The translations under genes were made by a program, and so were the position numbers. A stretch of DNA of 64,000 nt from Macrostomum lignano. Taxonomy: Eukaryota. Positions 8,701 through 31,639 of this stretch are shown one piece after another. The first letter of the stretch is position 1, and the number at the start of each line of letters is the position of its first letter. The notes under the pieces were generated by a model. The model was not told the DNA's origin, did no database searches, and saw only the letters and a program-made list of their open reading frames with translations. Location of the stretch: contig NIVC01003841.1 of assembly GCA_002269645.1 (NCBI GenBank), forward strand, positions 1 to 64,000, read 5' to 3'.

Positions 8701-11224
8701 AAAGCGGTTCGCGCCAGCACACTAGACAGTGATGTTCTTGCTCCGGCGTTGTCGGCGGTGACAAAGGACATCACGGAGGACCCCTCCAGCTATTCAGCCG
8801 CCTCCTTGGGCGAAGATGGCGTATCGTCAAAAGTCCTCGGGCTGCGATGGGAGACAGGATCGGACGTGTTCGTGCTGCAGTTTTCTCCGCCAGAAGATTT
8901 GCTCAAGGCGTCGCCCTCCAAGCGTGTCGTGCTACAGCTGCTGGCCCGTGTCTACGATCCTCTGGGCTTCCTGGTTCCGCTGCTTACGTTGCCGAAATCG
9001 ATGTTCCAGAAGCTGTGCGTTGAAAAGATTGCTTGGTCTGCCGCTAAAGGAGCCGATTAAGCAGCAGTGGCTGAAGTGGTTGCAGGAGATGCTGGCAGGT
9101 CGATTTCAAGTTCCAAGGTTGGTGCTTTCGGCGACGAAGGAGGTCGAGGAGATACAGCTGCATGGGTTCTGTGATGCGTCAATCAAATGCTATGCGGCGT
9201 GTCTTTACCTGCGAGTGCAGTACACCGATGGTTCCGTCAGCTGCAACCTGGTGGCCGCCAAGGCGAGAGTGGCTCCACTGTCGGTTTTTCAATTCCTCGG
9301 CTCGAACTCCTGGGTGCCTTGATACTCGCCAGACTGTTGACATCATCCATGAGTCAGTATCCTCATGTTCGCCAGGTGTTTTGCTGGACAGACAGTGCCG
9401 ACACGCTCTACTGGATCCGGCAGCACAGACCCTGGAAGCTCTTTGTTCATAATCGGGTGACGGAGATCCGCCGCCTGGTGCCAGAGGATGCCTGGAGACA
9501 TGTCCCAGGCGAGGAGAATCCGGCGGACGTTGCATCTCGAGGAACATCAGCGAGCAAGTTGCAGGCAGACAACAGCTGGTGGCACGGTCCAGACTGGCTG
9601 GCACGACCTCCTGACGATTGGCCCGACCAATCCTTTCTCAGCTTACTGACAGCGGCAGTTGCCGAGGAGCAGAAGACACAGGCAAACCGTCCAGTTGTTC
9701 TGCTAACTGAAGCGGTCCTGACATCAGTCTACAGGACATCAGTCAATGACACGAACTTCTCATCCTGGATCAAGCTGATTCGGGTGACAGCCTATGTCCT
9801 ACGCTTCGTCAGAAACCTGCAAGCTAGAACTTCTGCAGCGGGGGAGGAGCGAGTGGGACCACTGGCTGCAGCAGAAGTCCTTGAAGCTGAAGAGCGCTGG
9901 CTGCGAGAAGTGCAGAGACGGAGTTTTCAAGCCGAAATTGCTCACCTTCAGGAGTCAGCGGCCAGTACAGATCTCAGCAGGCAGTTGAATCTTTTTCTCG
10001 ACAACAAGAGTATTCTCCGAAGCCAAGGTCGATTGAAGGAGTCCAACGCCTCTGCCGAGGTTGACTGTCCGATTCTGATCCCGAACAAGTCACACCTGGC
10101 CGAGCTTCTTCTCATCTGGGACGCTCACGCCAAGGTTCTGCACGGGGGAGTGCCCAGCACTCTTTGTAAGCTGCGAGAGAGATTCTGGCTAATCAGAGGA
10201 AGACAGCGAGTCAAGTCGATCCTGAGAAGGTGCTTTGTCTGCAGACGTCTTCAAGGACTACCATATGCAGTGAAGCAAATCCCAGCCTTACCTGAAGCAC
10301 GCGTGAAGTCTGGGAGAGCCTTTGAGTGGTGCGGACTCGACTACTGCGGACCTGTCAAACTGATGGAGGACACAGAGATCGAGAAAGGCTATATCCTGGT
10401 TTTCACCTGTGCGGCCACGCGAGCCCTTCACCTGGAACTGGTGAGCGACTTGACGACCGAGACCTTCCTGCGAGCCCTCCGACGGTTCTGTGCTCGGAGA
10501 GGAATTCCCAATCTCATCAGTGACAACGCCAAGACATTCACCAAGGCTGCCAAAATACTTCAGGCGACAAGTTCAAGACTTCTGCGCCACCAGGAAAATC
10601 ACCTGGCAATTCATCGTCGAACGCGCACCGTGACAAGGAGGCTTCTGGGAGCGACTGATGAGGGACATCAAGCTGGCTTTGCGCAAGACCATCCTCAACG
10701 CAACCCTGACGCTGGACGAACTGCGGACAGTGCTAATGGAGGTGGAAGCGGTGCTCAACAGTCGGCCTCTACTCTACGTGGATGCCGAAACCAACGGAGA
10801 AGTCCTGACGCCGGCGCACTTTCTGGTCCTGCAACGGCTAACGGCGGAGCCAACTTCTAGCGGTACGCCCGAGCTCCTGCTGCCGTTGCCAACACTGCTG
10901 AGGCGAATGCGCGCCAGACTGCAAGCCTTCTGGGACTGCTGGGAGCGACAGTATCTGACCAGCCTGCGAGAACATAATCTAAGTCCCAAGCATGGCGTAA
11001 CTCGAGAAGCTACGGCCGGCGACATCGTCCTGGTGAAAGGTGAAGCCGGGCAGCCGAGGCTTACCTGGTGTACCGGTCTCATCGAGTCGGTGCATCCTGG
11101 CCGAGACGGGGCGGTGAGATCTGCAACGGTTCGAGTCGCGCCCAGACCTGGCCGCGGTCCCAGGAGATGCTTGATTCGCCGACCGGTGGAGAACCTGATT
11201 TTGCTGGAAGCTGTGACTGAATGA
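5769..11224 (+). pseudogene. BEL/Pao gag-pol polyprotein, broken into about 9 ORF pieces
   Basis: PKLPPPSFSGDRTQWTEFWDRF (DUF1759-type gag), Cys/His knuckles CPFC..H...C / CFSC...H...C / CEFC...H...C, protease RILFDSASNRSFI, RT HYLPHRAVIR..STKVRVVFDAS and YVDN, RNase H LHGFCDAS, integrase H...HGG..CFVC, GLDYCGP, SDNAKTF, C-terminal FWDCWERQYLTSLRE. Multiple frameshifts and an in-frame TGA at 10631-10633. Confidence 0.93.
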
Positions 11225-11568
11225 ACTTAAGTAACTGACTTTCAATGACTGTTCTAATCGTTGTTTCGAGTTTCTGTTTAGTTTTAGTTCGCAGTAATTT
11301 TCACTCAGTTTCAATCTTACCTTTTGAGCTCCTTAGCGCTGATTGGATTTTTTTTTAGTTTCGTTTTCCCTTTGTTCCTACTTTTTGTTAACTCAGTACT
11401 CTGGTGATGGTGTGTCACATTTTTAGTCATCAAGTCTGTTGTAATGTTGGAGCGTTTTTTGTTGTTCATTTGTTTTTTGCTATTCGTTTCGTTTAATTTC
11501 ATTTAAGTTAATAGCGAGTTTCCTTTTTCGAATATCAATGTTAAGTACTGTAATGATGAAGCATCATT

Positions 11569-11576
11569 AGGGGGAG
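11569..11576 (+). promoter_or_regulatory. Polypurine tract
   Basis: AGGGGGAG abutting the TG of the 3' LTR. Confidence 0.85.
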
Positions 11577-11832
11577 TGTATTGGATTTGGAGTGCCTGCG
11601 TACCGACCCTCTGCTATGTGTAGCGTCGCCAGTGTACACTTGGCGGTCCCCGTCTCAGAGTGTGTTGGGGTGGGGTTGATGTGCGTGAGGCGTTGTTGAG
11701 TCAGAGAGTTGGAGAGAGAGAACATTGATTTAATTTAATATATATGCAATAATTTAGCCACAGGGCTCATTTACCTGTTTTTTGTTAAAGTCTAACCCTC
11801 AGATTTTATTAGACTTAATTATTTCTTTAACA
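11577..11832 (+). repeat. 3' LTR of BEL/Pao element
   Basis: TGTATTGG...TTTAACA; preceded by PPT, followed by TSD GTTTC. Confidence 0.96.
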
Positions 11833-13467
11833 GTTTCATTTAAGTTTTGAACCAAATGATCATAGCTCGTACAATGCGTATGTGAATCGCGAATTGGTCT
11901 GTTGTTGTCAGCTAATCGACTACAGCTGTTTTTATCGTTATACAGCTGCACTTGTTGGAGCGAAACAGGCGAAACAGGCGAAGCAGAAGTCGGAGAAAAT
12001 AGCATGGATAGCCAACTATAGCCTGTGATATGATAAATCAAACAAACAGCACACAAAATATATACATGGTCCAGAGATTAAACCAAAAAAATTGATTGGA
12101 GGTAAAAAACCAAAATTAAAATGTTATATACTCAGAAATTCTAAATTTAAGATATGCTGCTATAGTCACAAAACTTTAGCAAACCCGTGATATTATCTAA
12201 CTAAATGAGTTTGCTTTCAAAAAAATGTTACAGAAATGTTCTGGCCTACGCGTCTAGAGATTTAGTGGCAGTTTTAAATCTAGAATTTCCAGCTTGGCGT
12301 TGTAAATAAACGAGCTTAGCTTGGTGGTAGAGATTTGAATTCCTGGACGCAATTAAGCTTTCTAAGAAACAGCGTCCCAATAAATGTGGTGGCTTGGCTT
12401 GCTCGGTGCCACGTGGCTCATGTTTTTTATATGTCGTAATAATTAAAAGCAATCGCTAGGTCATATATACGCTCTAATAGCCATTTAGATATTTAAACTA
12501 TGGAGTGTGGCCATCGTGGTGTGTGGCCATCGTTGTCACGCACCCACTGGTGCAGCTATAGAGAGTAAAAATAAATGCCACTTGCCACTCAACTAGTAAG
12601 ATTAAATTAGTGACTAGGCCTTGCAGAGATAAAGAAATCAATTAGCATGTCTATGCATTTAAAATGTTAAAAATCCATTAATTTATTAATTAACTTTAAT
12701 GAATTTTCTAAGCTTAATTGTGGCTATAAAAGCCTGTTTCTAGTGCTCAAGAAGTAACATAAACTGAATAAAAAAGGTAGCTTAATTGTCTAAGATAAAA
12801 GTTTTCCTGCTTGCATTCCTAATAAGACTGTAAAAAAATAGATACACTTTCTAAATTTGGTCCAATAGGGCTATAAAATATATAATTATAATGAGTTTTG
12901 ACTTTTGATCATCTAGGTTGCATTTTCAAATGTGTGATTTCTATAAAATATATGTTTCTAAATTTTTTATATTAACTAAGACATAAAAATAGCACATAGA
13001 AAATGTATAGATTGTCCTCCAAAATTTATTCCAATGTATGCATACTTAGTGTGACTTAGTTTTGTCTAGATTTGTGACTTAGTTCCTCCCAATTGCGACT
13101 TAATTTTCACTTTGTTGAAAAGTAAAAAGTTTTGACTTTTCTTGCCTTTTTCTCTTTTCTTCTCTTTCTTTTTCTCTCCTCTTTCCTCCATCTTTCTCCT
13201 CCTTTCTTTTTCTTTTCTTTTCCTATCTCCTTTCTTTCTTCTCACAATTTTTAGTTTTTTTTTGCATTTTTGATTTTGCAACTTACCTTGGCCGGCAGCC
13301 ATTTTACCCATCCAGTTTAGACAGTTTGGATGGGTGTTAGGCATATATGAGACTATACCTAGGCCTATTCTAGGTGGAAAGTGTCTATTTCATCAGAGTT
13401 GCTATAATATTTCATAGGTTAGCTAAAATTACAGTAGAACCCAAATTAACCCAGGTATATATTTACT

Positions 13468-22721
<9,254 letters not shown>

Positions 22722-22744
22722 GACTGCGGATGCTTCTCTTGTGG

Positions 22745-23428
22745 GTTGTGGCTGAGTGCGTGCGGATTGTGGCTGAGTGAGTTTGGATTGTAGCTGCGTG
22801 CGTGCGGGTTGTGGCTGAGTGAGTGCGGATTGTGGCTGAGTGAGTTTGGATTGTGGCTGAGTGTGTGCGGATCGTGGCTGAGTGCGTGCGGATTGTGGCT
22901 GAGTGAGTTTGGATTGTGGCTGAGTGAGTGCGGATTGTGGCTGAGTGAGGTCGGATTGTGGCTGAGTGTGTGCGGATTGTGGCTGAGTGAGTGCGGATTG
23001 TGGCTGAGTGCATGTGGATTGTGGCTGAGTGAGTGCGGATTGTGGCTGAGTGAGTGCGGATTGTGGCTGAGTGAGTGCGGATTGTGGCTAAGTGCGTGCG
23101 GATTGTGGCTGAGTGCGTGCGGATTGTGGCTGAGTGCATGCGGATTGTGGCTGAGTGAGTGCGGATTGTGGCTGAGTGAGTGCGGATTGTGGCTGAGTGA
23201 GTGCGGATTGTGGCTGAGTGAGTTTAGATTGTGGCTGAGTGAGTGCGGATTGTGGCTGAGTGAGTGCGGATTGTGGCTGAGTGCGTGCGGATTGTGGCTG
23301 AGTGAGTGCGGATTGTGGCTGAGTGAGTGCGGATTGTGGCTGAGTGAGTGCGGATTGTGGCTGAGTGAGTGCGGATTGTGGCTGAGTGAGTGCGGATTGT
23401 GGCTGAGTGAGTGCGGATTGTGGCTGAG
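22745..23428. repeat. 21-bp minisatellite just after the ERCC8 stop
   Basis: GGATTGTGGCTGAGTGAGTGC. Confidence 0.94.
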
Positions 23429-23909
23429 TTTTCGTCAGCAACATATCACTTGCTCTATTTGGCAACCCCATTATCTAATAAGTATTTTTGGCATTTAGAA
23501 AATCAATGTATGCTATGTTAGTGTAAATATTTTGTACATTATTAATGTCTGATTTTTTAAATAAACTGAGCTGGAGCCCGCTGCCGATGGTCCCTATTCG
23601 AATTTTGTGTCAACAGAAAAAAGATTCAGAACTTGAAAACTCCTTAAAACTGATTATCAGCTCTTTTCAATCGAATGTGTTGCCGAGTGCTGTCCTCCTC
23701 TAAAGCTTCTCATTAGCGGAATTGCCTGTGCTCAACCCACACTGCTTGCGTTATTACAGAGGGGAAGTGCTCTAATTGCTAGGCATGAGGCGTTGCTTCC
23801 TAATTCCTACTTTGCAGTCAGCGCCCTGGAGTCAAGGTGCCGGGTTAATTGAAGCTTGTGTGCATCTTCTTCATTTAGGGCTGTTAGTGCCACGCCCAGG
23901 AATTCAGGC

Positions 23910-24481
23910 ATCGGGTTCTGCTCCACTGACACAATTCAAGCATCGGGTTCTGCTCCACTGACACAACTCAAGCATCGGGTTCTGCTCCACTGACACAACT
24001 CAAGCATCGGGTTCTGCTCCACTGACACAACTCAAGCATCGGGTTCTGCTCCACTGACACAACTCAAGCATTGGGTTCTGCTCCACTGACACAACTCAAG
24101 CATCGGGTTCTGCTCCACTGACACAATTCAAGCATTGGGTTCTGCTCCACTGACACAATTCAAGCATTGGGTTCTGCTCCACTGACACAACTCAAGCATC
24201 GGGTTCTGCTCCACTGACACAACTCAAGCATCGGGTTCTGCTCCACTGACACAACTCAAGCATCGGGTTCTGCTCCACTGACACAACTCAAGCATCGGGT
24301 TCTGCTCCACTGACACAATTCAAGCATCGGGTTCTGCTCCACTGACACAATTCAAGCATTGGGTTTTGCTCCACTGACACAATTCAAGCATTGGGTTCTG
24401 CTCCACTGACACAATTCAAGCATTGGGTTCTGCTCCACTGACACAATTCAAGCATTGGGTTCTGCTCCACTGACACAATTC
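23910..24481. repeat. 32-bp minisatellite
   Basis: CGGGTTCTGCTCCACTGACACAACTCAAGCAT. Confidence 0.94.
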
Positions 24482-26050
24482 AAAAGATAGACATGGATTG
24501 ATAAAACTATCAGAGGATTTAAAATGCACAACTTCTCTCAGCTGACAATCTTCTCAGGCGTTGAATCTCCATTAAGCTTATTAAAAGCAGAGCTGATGCA
24601 GATGGTGCCAGTGCAACCGCTCCATCCATGCCCCTCAAAATTAATGAGCTGCTAGTCTATCGTAAAATCTTCTCCGCCCGCCTGTTCTGTAATCACCAAG
24701 CGCTCATCAATCATCAAATTATTGTGGGCACGCCGAGAGGGTTCCAGGCCTTTGAACAATATTTGCCTTTATAGGCACCTCTTTTTTAGGGTGCAGGTGG
24801 TCCAGTATATTATCCAGTATATTAGGTCTTCTGTGCAATTTGGAAATCAGTAGATTATAAAGCTGGGTGACTTCAAGGGACAAAAGGTTGTGAGCTTGTT
24901 GGCCATGTGCAGTGTTAGCCACAGAGGTGTCTCGGTGCTTAGCAGCTTGTACTTCCACTTTCTCTGACCTCGCCGCGTCAGTCCTGGGTGACCGCTTACA
25001 CTCTCTGAAGAAGCAATCCATGGGTCATTCCCGTGTTCATTCCCAAATTCTTATCTCCCAATCATTATTCCGTTTGATTATTCTGTCATGTAACACTTGC
25101 AGTACTGTATGTAGTGGGCTTCTACTTGCCTGCCGATAAAAATCGATTAATGCACTGTTTAGGCTTACATGTAACTGTGCAGTGTACGAGATTCGCAAGC
25201 CACTTTTTTTATCGCACACAAACGCGCTAGATCGATTTCTCTGTTCTATTATGAAGTTTACCCTGCATCTCACCTGCATCTCTCTCCCTGCATCTCATAC
25301 CCTCCCTTAGTTCTGTTCGCCTCTGCTTGTCAGCTTTTCCTTAAATTGAATTGCAATAAAAATCTTCAAGCAAGTGTATTCAGCCAATAGGTGAAAAAGG
25401 CCATATTAAACCGCACTCAACCAACTGCAAATTCTGGTTTAACAGCTGAACTCTCGCAGACATTTGAATGCGCCTGCTTATTTATATAGGTACCTCACTG
25501 GCAGGTGTTTGTGTTGCTGCCCCCCCCCCCCTAGCCACCACATGCAGCTCCCAAGTTCTTCCATGAGTCAACACAAAAAATGTGGGCTCAGGTTGCAGCC
25601 ATGCTGGGCCAGCCGTGTTAAAAGTTTTCTTTTATAATCTCCGCATAGGTGCCCCCATCCATCCAGTGAGCTCTCACTGTTTATATTGCCGGCTCGCTGC
25701 TCCAGGGGGTCTTCCAGCATGCCGCAGACTTGCACTTTCTGTCCGCCGCACTGTTGAGTGAGCACTTAAAGGGGCTCGGAGTTGAGATTAAAAATTGATG
25801 ATTGATACGGTTGACAGCGGGTCTTGGGAATTCTGTGATAGTATCTGAGACCCAGCCATTTTTCTTCCTGGGGACAATTCCTTCTAATTTTCTAGAATAA
25901 GTGAAAGAGTCTCTGCCCGCCGCCGCCAGTCCAATCCCGCCTCAGCCACTGTCTGTCCCCCCCTCTCCATCTCCTCCCCCGGTGAGTCTGCTCTTAAATA
26001 AGTCTGCGCAAGAGCCCGCCTGATGCGATCTTGCCTGTCAAGCGCTGACC

Positions 26051-27331
26051 ATGGCCGCCGACCCCTCCGATATCCGACGCGAGTTCCTCGACAGCCTGGC
26101 CGCCAGCTCTGGCGGCGGCAACCTCACCGGTCTGGCCAACAGCAGCACCGGCTACCTGAACCTCTCGGCCAGCAACAGTAGCTCGCCACAGAGCTCTTGG
26201 TGGGTGAGCAGCCTGCACTGGGTACAGGGCGGCCTCACCACTCTGGGTATGGCTGGCAACGCCCTGGTGATCCTCACGCTGCTCCGCCGGCGCTACAAAT
26301 CCCAGTTCGCCACGGCCGTCTTCCTGCACCAGACTGTCATGGACTTCATGGTCTGCGCCTTCACCCTGGTGTTGCTGGTGAAGCCCAGCCAGAATCCAAC
26401 CTCTAGCCTGGGCTTCGGCTTCGCCCTGTGTCACGTGATCAACAGCCAGCTGCTGTATTGGTACTTCGTCTTCTCCAGCGTGCAGAATCTTGTCCTCATC
26501 GCTGTGGATCGCTACTTCGCCGTGTTCCGGCCAGTCAGGTACAAAACTCTCAGCTTCCGGAGCGCCGCTCTGCATCTGGTCGGCCTGCACTGCTACTCCT
26601 TTGCCGTCAACATCATCGACATCTTCTCTGTAGAGTTCGACAGGGACTCGAACCACTGCAGCTCGGAGATCACTCACCAGGTGTTTAAGAAAGTGTTTAA
26701 AGTCTACGGTTTCCTTTGGTTCTTCTTGGTGTACCTTCTGCCAGTGGCTGCCGTGGTCTGCCTGTACAGCGCCATCGTCTACCGGCTGAGCAACCAGGGC
26801 CTGCACAACAGCAGGTTCAGGCAGCGGGCCGCCACCGAGCTGACGAAATCCGCCGTGATCATCACGGTGATCTTCATTGTGTGCTTCAGCTACGACTGCA
26901 TCTACTACCTGCTCGGGCACCTGGACCTCGTGGAGTACATCTACAGCTCGCCAACCCAGCTAATCGGCGTCGCCTTGGTGACCATCAACTCGTGCGCTAA
27001 TCCGGTGGTTTATTGCATCATCATGCCATCGTTTCGCGAGCGAATGCTGGCCGCCGTTTGCTCCTGCTGCCGGCTTGGCAAGCGCTGGCAGCTTCGGTGG
27101 GGCTGCCGCGGCTGCTGTGGTGACGTCACCGCTGATGCGGCAGACGGCGAAGACGCCGACGGCGACGGCGAGGAGGACGGACGCATCGGCGGCGGTTGTC
27201 AGGAGCGCCGCGAGAACAGCAAAGACTCCGAGAGCTGTTGCGATGGCAACAACGGCATAGCAACAGCTCTGGTCACGGTGACGGTCGCGACGAAATCGGC
27301 TGACTACTCACCAGATGAACTTGCCGCTTAG
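26051..27331 (+). CDS. Intronless rhodopsin-like (class A) GPCR, peptide-receptor-like orphan
   Basis: 426 aa; N-glycosylation-rich N terminus, GN in TM1, D in TM2, DRY after TM3, YLLP in TM5, NSCANPVVY in TM7, Cys-rich tail. Confidence 0.92.
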   Translation: MAADPSDIRREFLDSLAASSGGGNLTGLANSSTGYLNLSASNSSSPQSSWWVSSLHWVQGGLTTLGMAGNALVILTLLRRRYKSQFATAVFLHQTVMDFMVCAFTLVLLVKPSQNPTSSLGFGFALCHVINSQLLYWYFVFSSVQNLVLIAVDRYFAVFRPVRYKTLSFRSAALHLVGLHCYSFAVNIIDIFSVEFDRDSNHCSSEITHQVFKKVFKVYGFLWFFLVYLLPVAAVVCLYSAIVYRLSNQGLHNSRFRQRAATELTKSAVIITVIFIVCFSYDCIYYLLGHLDLVEYIYSSPTQLIGVALVTINSCANPVVYCIIMPSFRERMLAAVCSCCRLGKRWQLRWGCRGCCGDVTADAADGEDADGDGEEDGRIGGGCQERRENSKDSESCCDGNNGIATALVTVTVATKSADYSPDELAA

Positions 27332-27769
27332 CCTGCGGACACTTGTCTGCTTAGGAGAATAATAATTATCATAAATAATAAATGTCTACGCTTTGATTCT
27401 ATCACTGCGCAATGCATGTTATCTTCACATCCGGCTTTTGTCCTCTGGTTTTTAGTGCGAGCCGATTCGCTTAACAGCATGTGCATGCACGAGTAGGCAG
27501 GAGTATCCGCACCCGGTAGATTTAATTTTCCATTTCGTTCTGCATGTATCTCGTGACAGAAGGATCAACACGAACGCTTAAAACGTCTCACACCCAGATG
27601 TCCCAGTGTGACACCCCAAAATTTTAAAAACTTTGTCAAAGCACAGTCGTTGCCGCTATTGTAACCAGCCTGGGTGAATGCACCCGTACAGCACAAGGGA
27701 TTAATAAATGCGCCAGAATTATTTTTCAATTATAAACTGTCAACGTTTTACTGCGTCATTTTGTCACAT

Positions 27770-28020
27770 TGTCACACTGAATCACAGTGCAGTGTCACTG
27801 TCACACTGAATCACAGTGCAGTATCACTGTCACACTGAATCACAGTGCAGCGTCACTGTCACACTGAATCACAGTGCAGTATCACTGTCACACTGAATCA
27901 CAGTGCAGTATCACTGAATCACAGTGCAGTATCACTGAATCACAGTGCAGCGTCACTGTCACACTGAATCACAGTGCAGTATCACTGTCACACTGAATCA
28001 CAGTGCAGTATCACTAAATC
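27770..28020. repeat. 29-bp minisatellite
   Basis: CACTGTCACACTGAATCACAGTGCAGTAT. Confidence 0.9.
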
Positions 28021-28669
28021 ACAAGACAGCCGTAGATCCAATTTGTCAGAATTCCGAATTTAGAATTTCACATCGAGAAGAGGAAAAGTCATCTCTATAT
28101 GAAGAGATTATGGAGAAATTTATCATAATTTGTCCCTTGCACGCGACATAGCCATGTTGTTTCTTCGAAAGACTGAAAGCCCTTCAACAACATCTGCGTG
28201 TGCGCCTTCGGATTGAAAACTAGCAATATTTCCCCACTTTATTTCTCGGGAAAATCCTATTTTAAAAAAACACACACAGCCTTTTCAGTGAGGCGATGAA
28301 TAGAGGGGATTATAGGGGGATTTCGAGAATCAAAGAGTTGGGAAGGCAAAGTGTGTAGGCGAAGGTTTGAGCAGCTGAAGGCACAAAAAGATGCAAGGCG
28401 CGCTAAGGATGAGGAGCAGCTGCAGTCTGCAGCCAATTAGCTAAACTGAAATCCCAATGACTCTCGGATTTCCAGCAGCTTCGAGCGGCCTGCGTTTGAT
28501 GCGACACCTGACTAATCCGCATCCGGTCAAATTCAGAATTCAAAGCAGAAAGCGGATTAAAAACACTACACTGGGATTTAATTAATGTGAGTGCCGTGCT
28601 GGGATGCTGAAATTTACTGCTTTTCCCAGATCGTGAGCTTGTGGAATTCTTTTGCGATATCAGCGTCTC

Positions 28670-29030
28670 TATTTGACATTATTTGTGTCACTCTGACATC
28701 TCAGCATCTCTGTTTGACATTTGTGTCACTCTGACATCTCAGCGTCTCTGTTTGACATTATTTGTGTCACTCTGACATCTCAGCGTCGTCTCTGTTTGAC
28801 ATTATTTGTGTCACTCTGACTTCTCAGCGTCTCTGTTTGACATTATTTGTGTCACTCTGACATCTCAGTGTCACATTTTGACATTATTTGTGTCACTCTG
28901 ACATCTCAGTGTCACATTTTGACATTATTTGTGTCACTCCGACATCTCAGTGTCACTTTTTGACATTATTTGTGTCACTCTGACATCTCAGTGTCACTCC
29001 GACATCTCAGGGTCACTCTTTGGCATCTCG
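28670..29030. repeat. About 41-bp minisatellite
   Basis: TTGACATTATTTGTGTCACTCTGACATCTCAG... variants. Confidence 0.88.
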
Positions 29031-29484
29031 GGGTGACGCATCATTCTGGTTAACTTGTCCCTTGTCTAAGTATTCACTACCCTAGCCTCCATCAATTTCT
29101 TCAATGACTCGAGTAACAGAACATTCAGCAGATTGAGTTTAAAGGCACTCCAGCACTCACCCGTAACTGATTGCTAAGAGCCAGATTAATTTTTGAGCCA
29201 TCGAATATCTCTTGAGCTTAAAAGCTCAGCTGAAGCTTTGGCAGTAGGTACTGTTCAGACACTCGCTATCCTGAATATCTTTGATTAAAATTAATGCATG
29301 TACATGTCATGTCTTTGCTTCTCATTTTGCCTGACTAATCCAAAAGATGCTGTCTCATCATTAGCCGTCTGAAATGTCTAAATATGGAAATGCTGCATGG
29401 GCTGTTGCGAAGGTGGGTTGGAGATTAATGCAGCAATGAAATATAATGCGGTAATGACCTGGGATTGAGTTTGATGAGTGCAGG

Positions 29485-30420
29485 TGTCAAATGCAGGAGT
29501 GAGGAGAGTCAGATGAAGGAGTGAGGAGAGTCAGATGCAGGAGTGAGGAGAGTCAGATGAAGGAGTGAGGGAGAGTCAGATGCAGGAGTGAGGAGAGTCA
29601 GATGCAGGAGTGAGGAGAGTCAGATGCAGGAGTGAGGAGAGTCAGATGCAGGAGTGAGGAGAGTCAGATGCAGGAGTGAGGAGAGTCAGATGCAGGAGTG
29701 AGGAGAGTCAGATGCAGGAGTGAGGAGAATCAGATGCAGGAGTGAGGAGAATCAGATTCAGGAGTGAGGAGAATCAGATTCAGGAGTGAGGAGAATCAGA
29801 TGCAGGAGTGAGGAGAGTCAGATGCAGGAGTGAGGAGAGTCAGATGCAGGAGTGAGGAGAGTCAGATGCAGGAGTGAGGTAGAGTCAGATGCAGGAGTGA
29901 GGAGAGTCAGATGCAGGAGTGAGGAGAATCAGATTCAGGAGTGAGGAGAATCAGATTCAGGAGTGAGGAGAATCAGATTCAGGAGTGAGGAGAATCAGAT
30001 GCAGGAGTGAGGAGAATCAGATTCAGGAGTGAGGAGAATCAGATGCAGGAGTGAGGTAGAGTCAGATGCAGGAGTGAGGAGAGTCAGATGCAGGAGTGAG
30101 GAGAGTCAGATGCAGGAGTGAGGAGAGTCAGATGCAGGAGTGAGGAGAATCAGATTCAGGAGTGAGGAGAATCAGATGCAGGAGTGAGGAGAATCAGATT
30201 CAGGAGTGAGGAGTGTCAGATGCAGGAGTGAGGTAGAGTCAGATGCAGGAGTGAGGAGAGTCAGATGCAGGAGTGAGGAGAGTCAGATGCAGGAGTGAGG
30301 TAGAGTCAGATGCAGGAGTGAGGAGAGTCAGATGCAGGAGTGAGGAGAGTCAGATGCAGGAGTGAGGTAGAATCAGATGCAGGAGTGAGGTAGAATCAGA
30401 TGCAGGAGAGAGGTAGAGAG
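29485..30420. repeat. 22-bp minisatellite
   Basis: GATGCAGGAGTGAGGAGAGTCA. Confidence 0.95.
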
Positions 30421-30833
30421 TCAGGCATATTTGACCTTCTTTGTACTTCAATATCGGACATTCATTTTAAGCGATCGGCAAAGAATTGCTGGCATACTTT
30501 GCAGGAAAAAGGCCAAGCTCTGCAATCGGTCGTTTTACAATAAAATTCACTCGCTTGGTTTGATGCCGCACCCCCCCCCCGGTCTTTTCCGCTCCCTGCA
30601 TCGATTCGGGAGATGCTGGGCTGCATCGCTTTCTGCTGCTGGGCTTTTAGCGTGGAAGCCAAGCAGGCTCTGGTTTGCGTTTAGCCTCTCCGGAGTCACT
30701 GCTCGACAATTGATTCTTGACTGGGGCGGCTCCCAAAGGCCGCCGCATGATCACCTGCGCTGCTCCGAGTGAATCGATTCTCCAGAAATACTGGTGGCAG
30801 GTGTGGCAGATGTGATGGATTGTCTATTCGGTG

Positions 30834-31267
<434 letters not shown>

Positions 31268-31639
31268 CAACATATCCCGACAGTTGAAAATATTTTCCAC
31301 CAGCTGTCAATCTCACAAAAGTACACGGTCAAGTCAAAAGTCAGCGCCATCATAGGCGGTTGCAACCGCCTCCTTAATACCCCTACTTTGTTTTGGAAAT
31401 ATTTTTTTCCGAATTGAGCAGAGCTTGGCGGATTATCATCGCCTCGGACTGAAAGTCAACGAATGATCTCAAATCTCTCTTTAATCCTCGACAGTCCTCA
31501 CACCTGTTGAGATTCGCGCAGGCGGTGACAGGCGGTTTCATTCAGTTTGCATTTTCTATCTCAGGCTGTGAGGCTTGCTTGATTATTACTTATTTTCCTC
31601 CCATTTTCATCCCAATATCTCTGAACCGGAGGTGGAATG

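Larger units (their letters stand above)
1462..11832 (+). mobile_element. BEL/Pao LTR retrotransposon, full length, 5' LTR interrupted by a nested YR element
   Basis: TG...CA 256-bp LTRs (1462-1706 + 5703-5713; 11577-11832), 5-bp TSD GTTTC at 1457-1461 and 11833-11837, PBS, PPT, gag-PR-RT-RH-IN order. Confidence 0.97.

Noticed and set aside
24490-25280. Degraded transposase or gene fragment
   Set aside because: Coding-like composition but stops in all frames and no motif I can recognise.
25994-26920. 308-aa minus-strand ORF
   Set aside because: Antisense shadow of the GC3-rich GPCR; no recognisable motifs. Same for 6654-7664 and 2182-2652 inside the retroelements.
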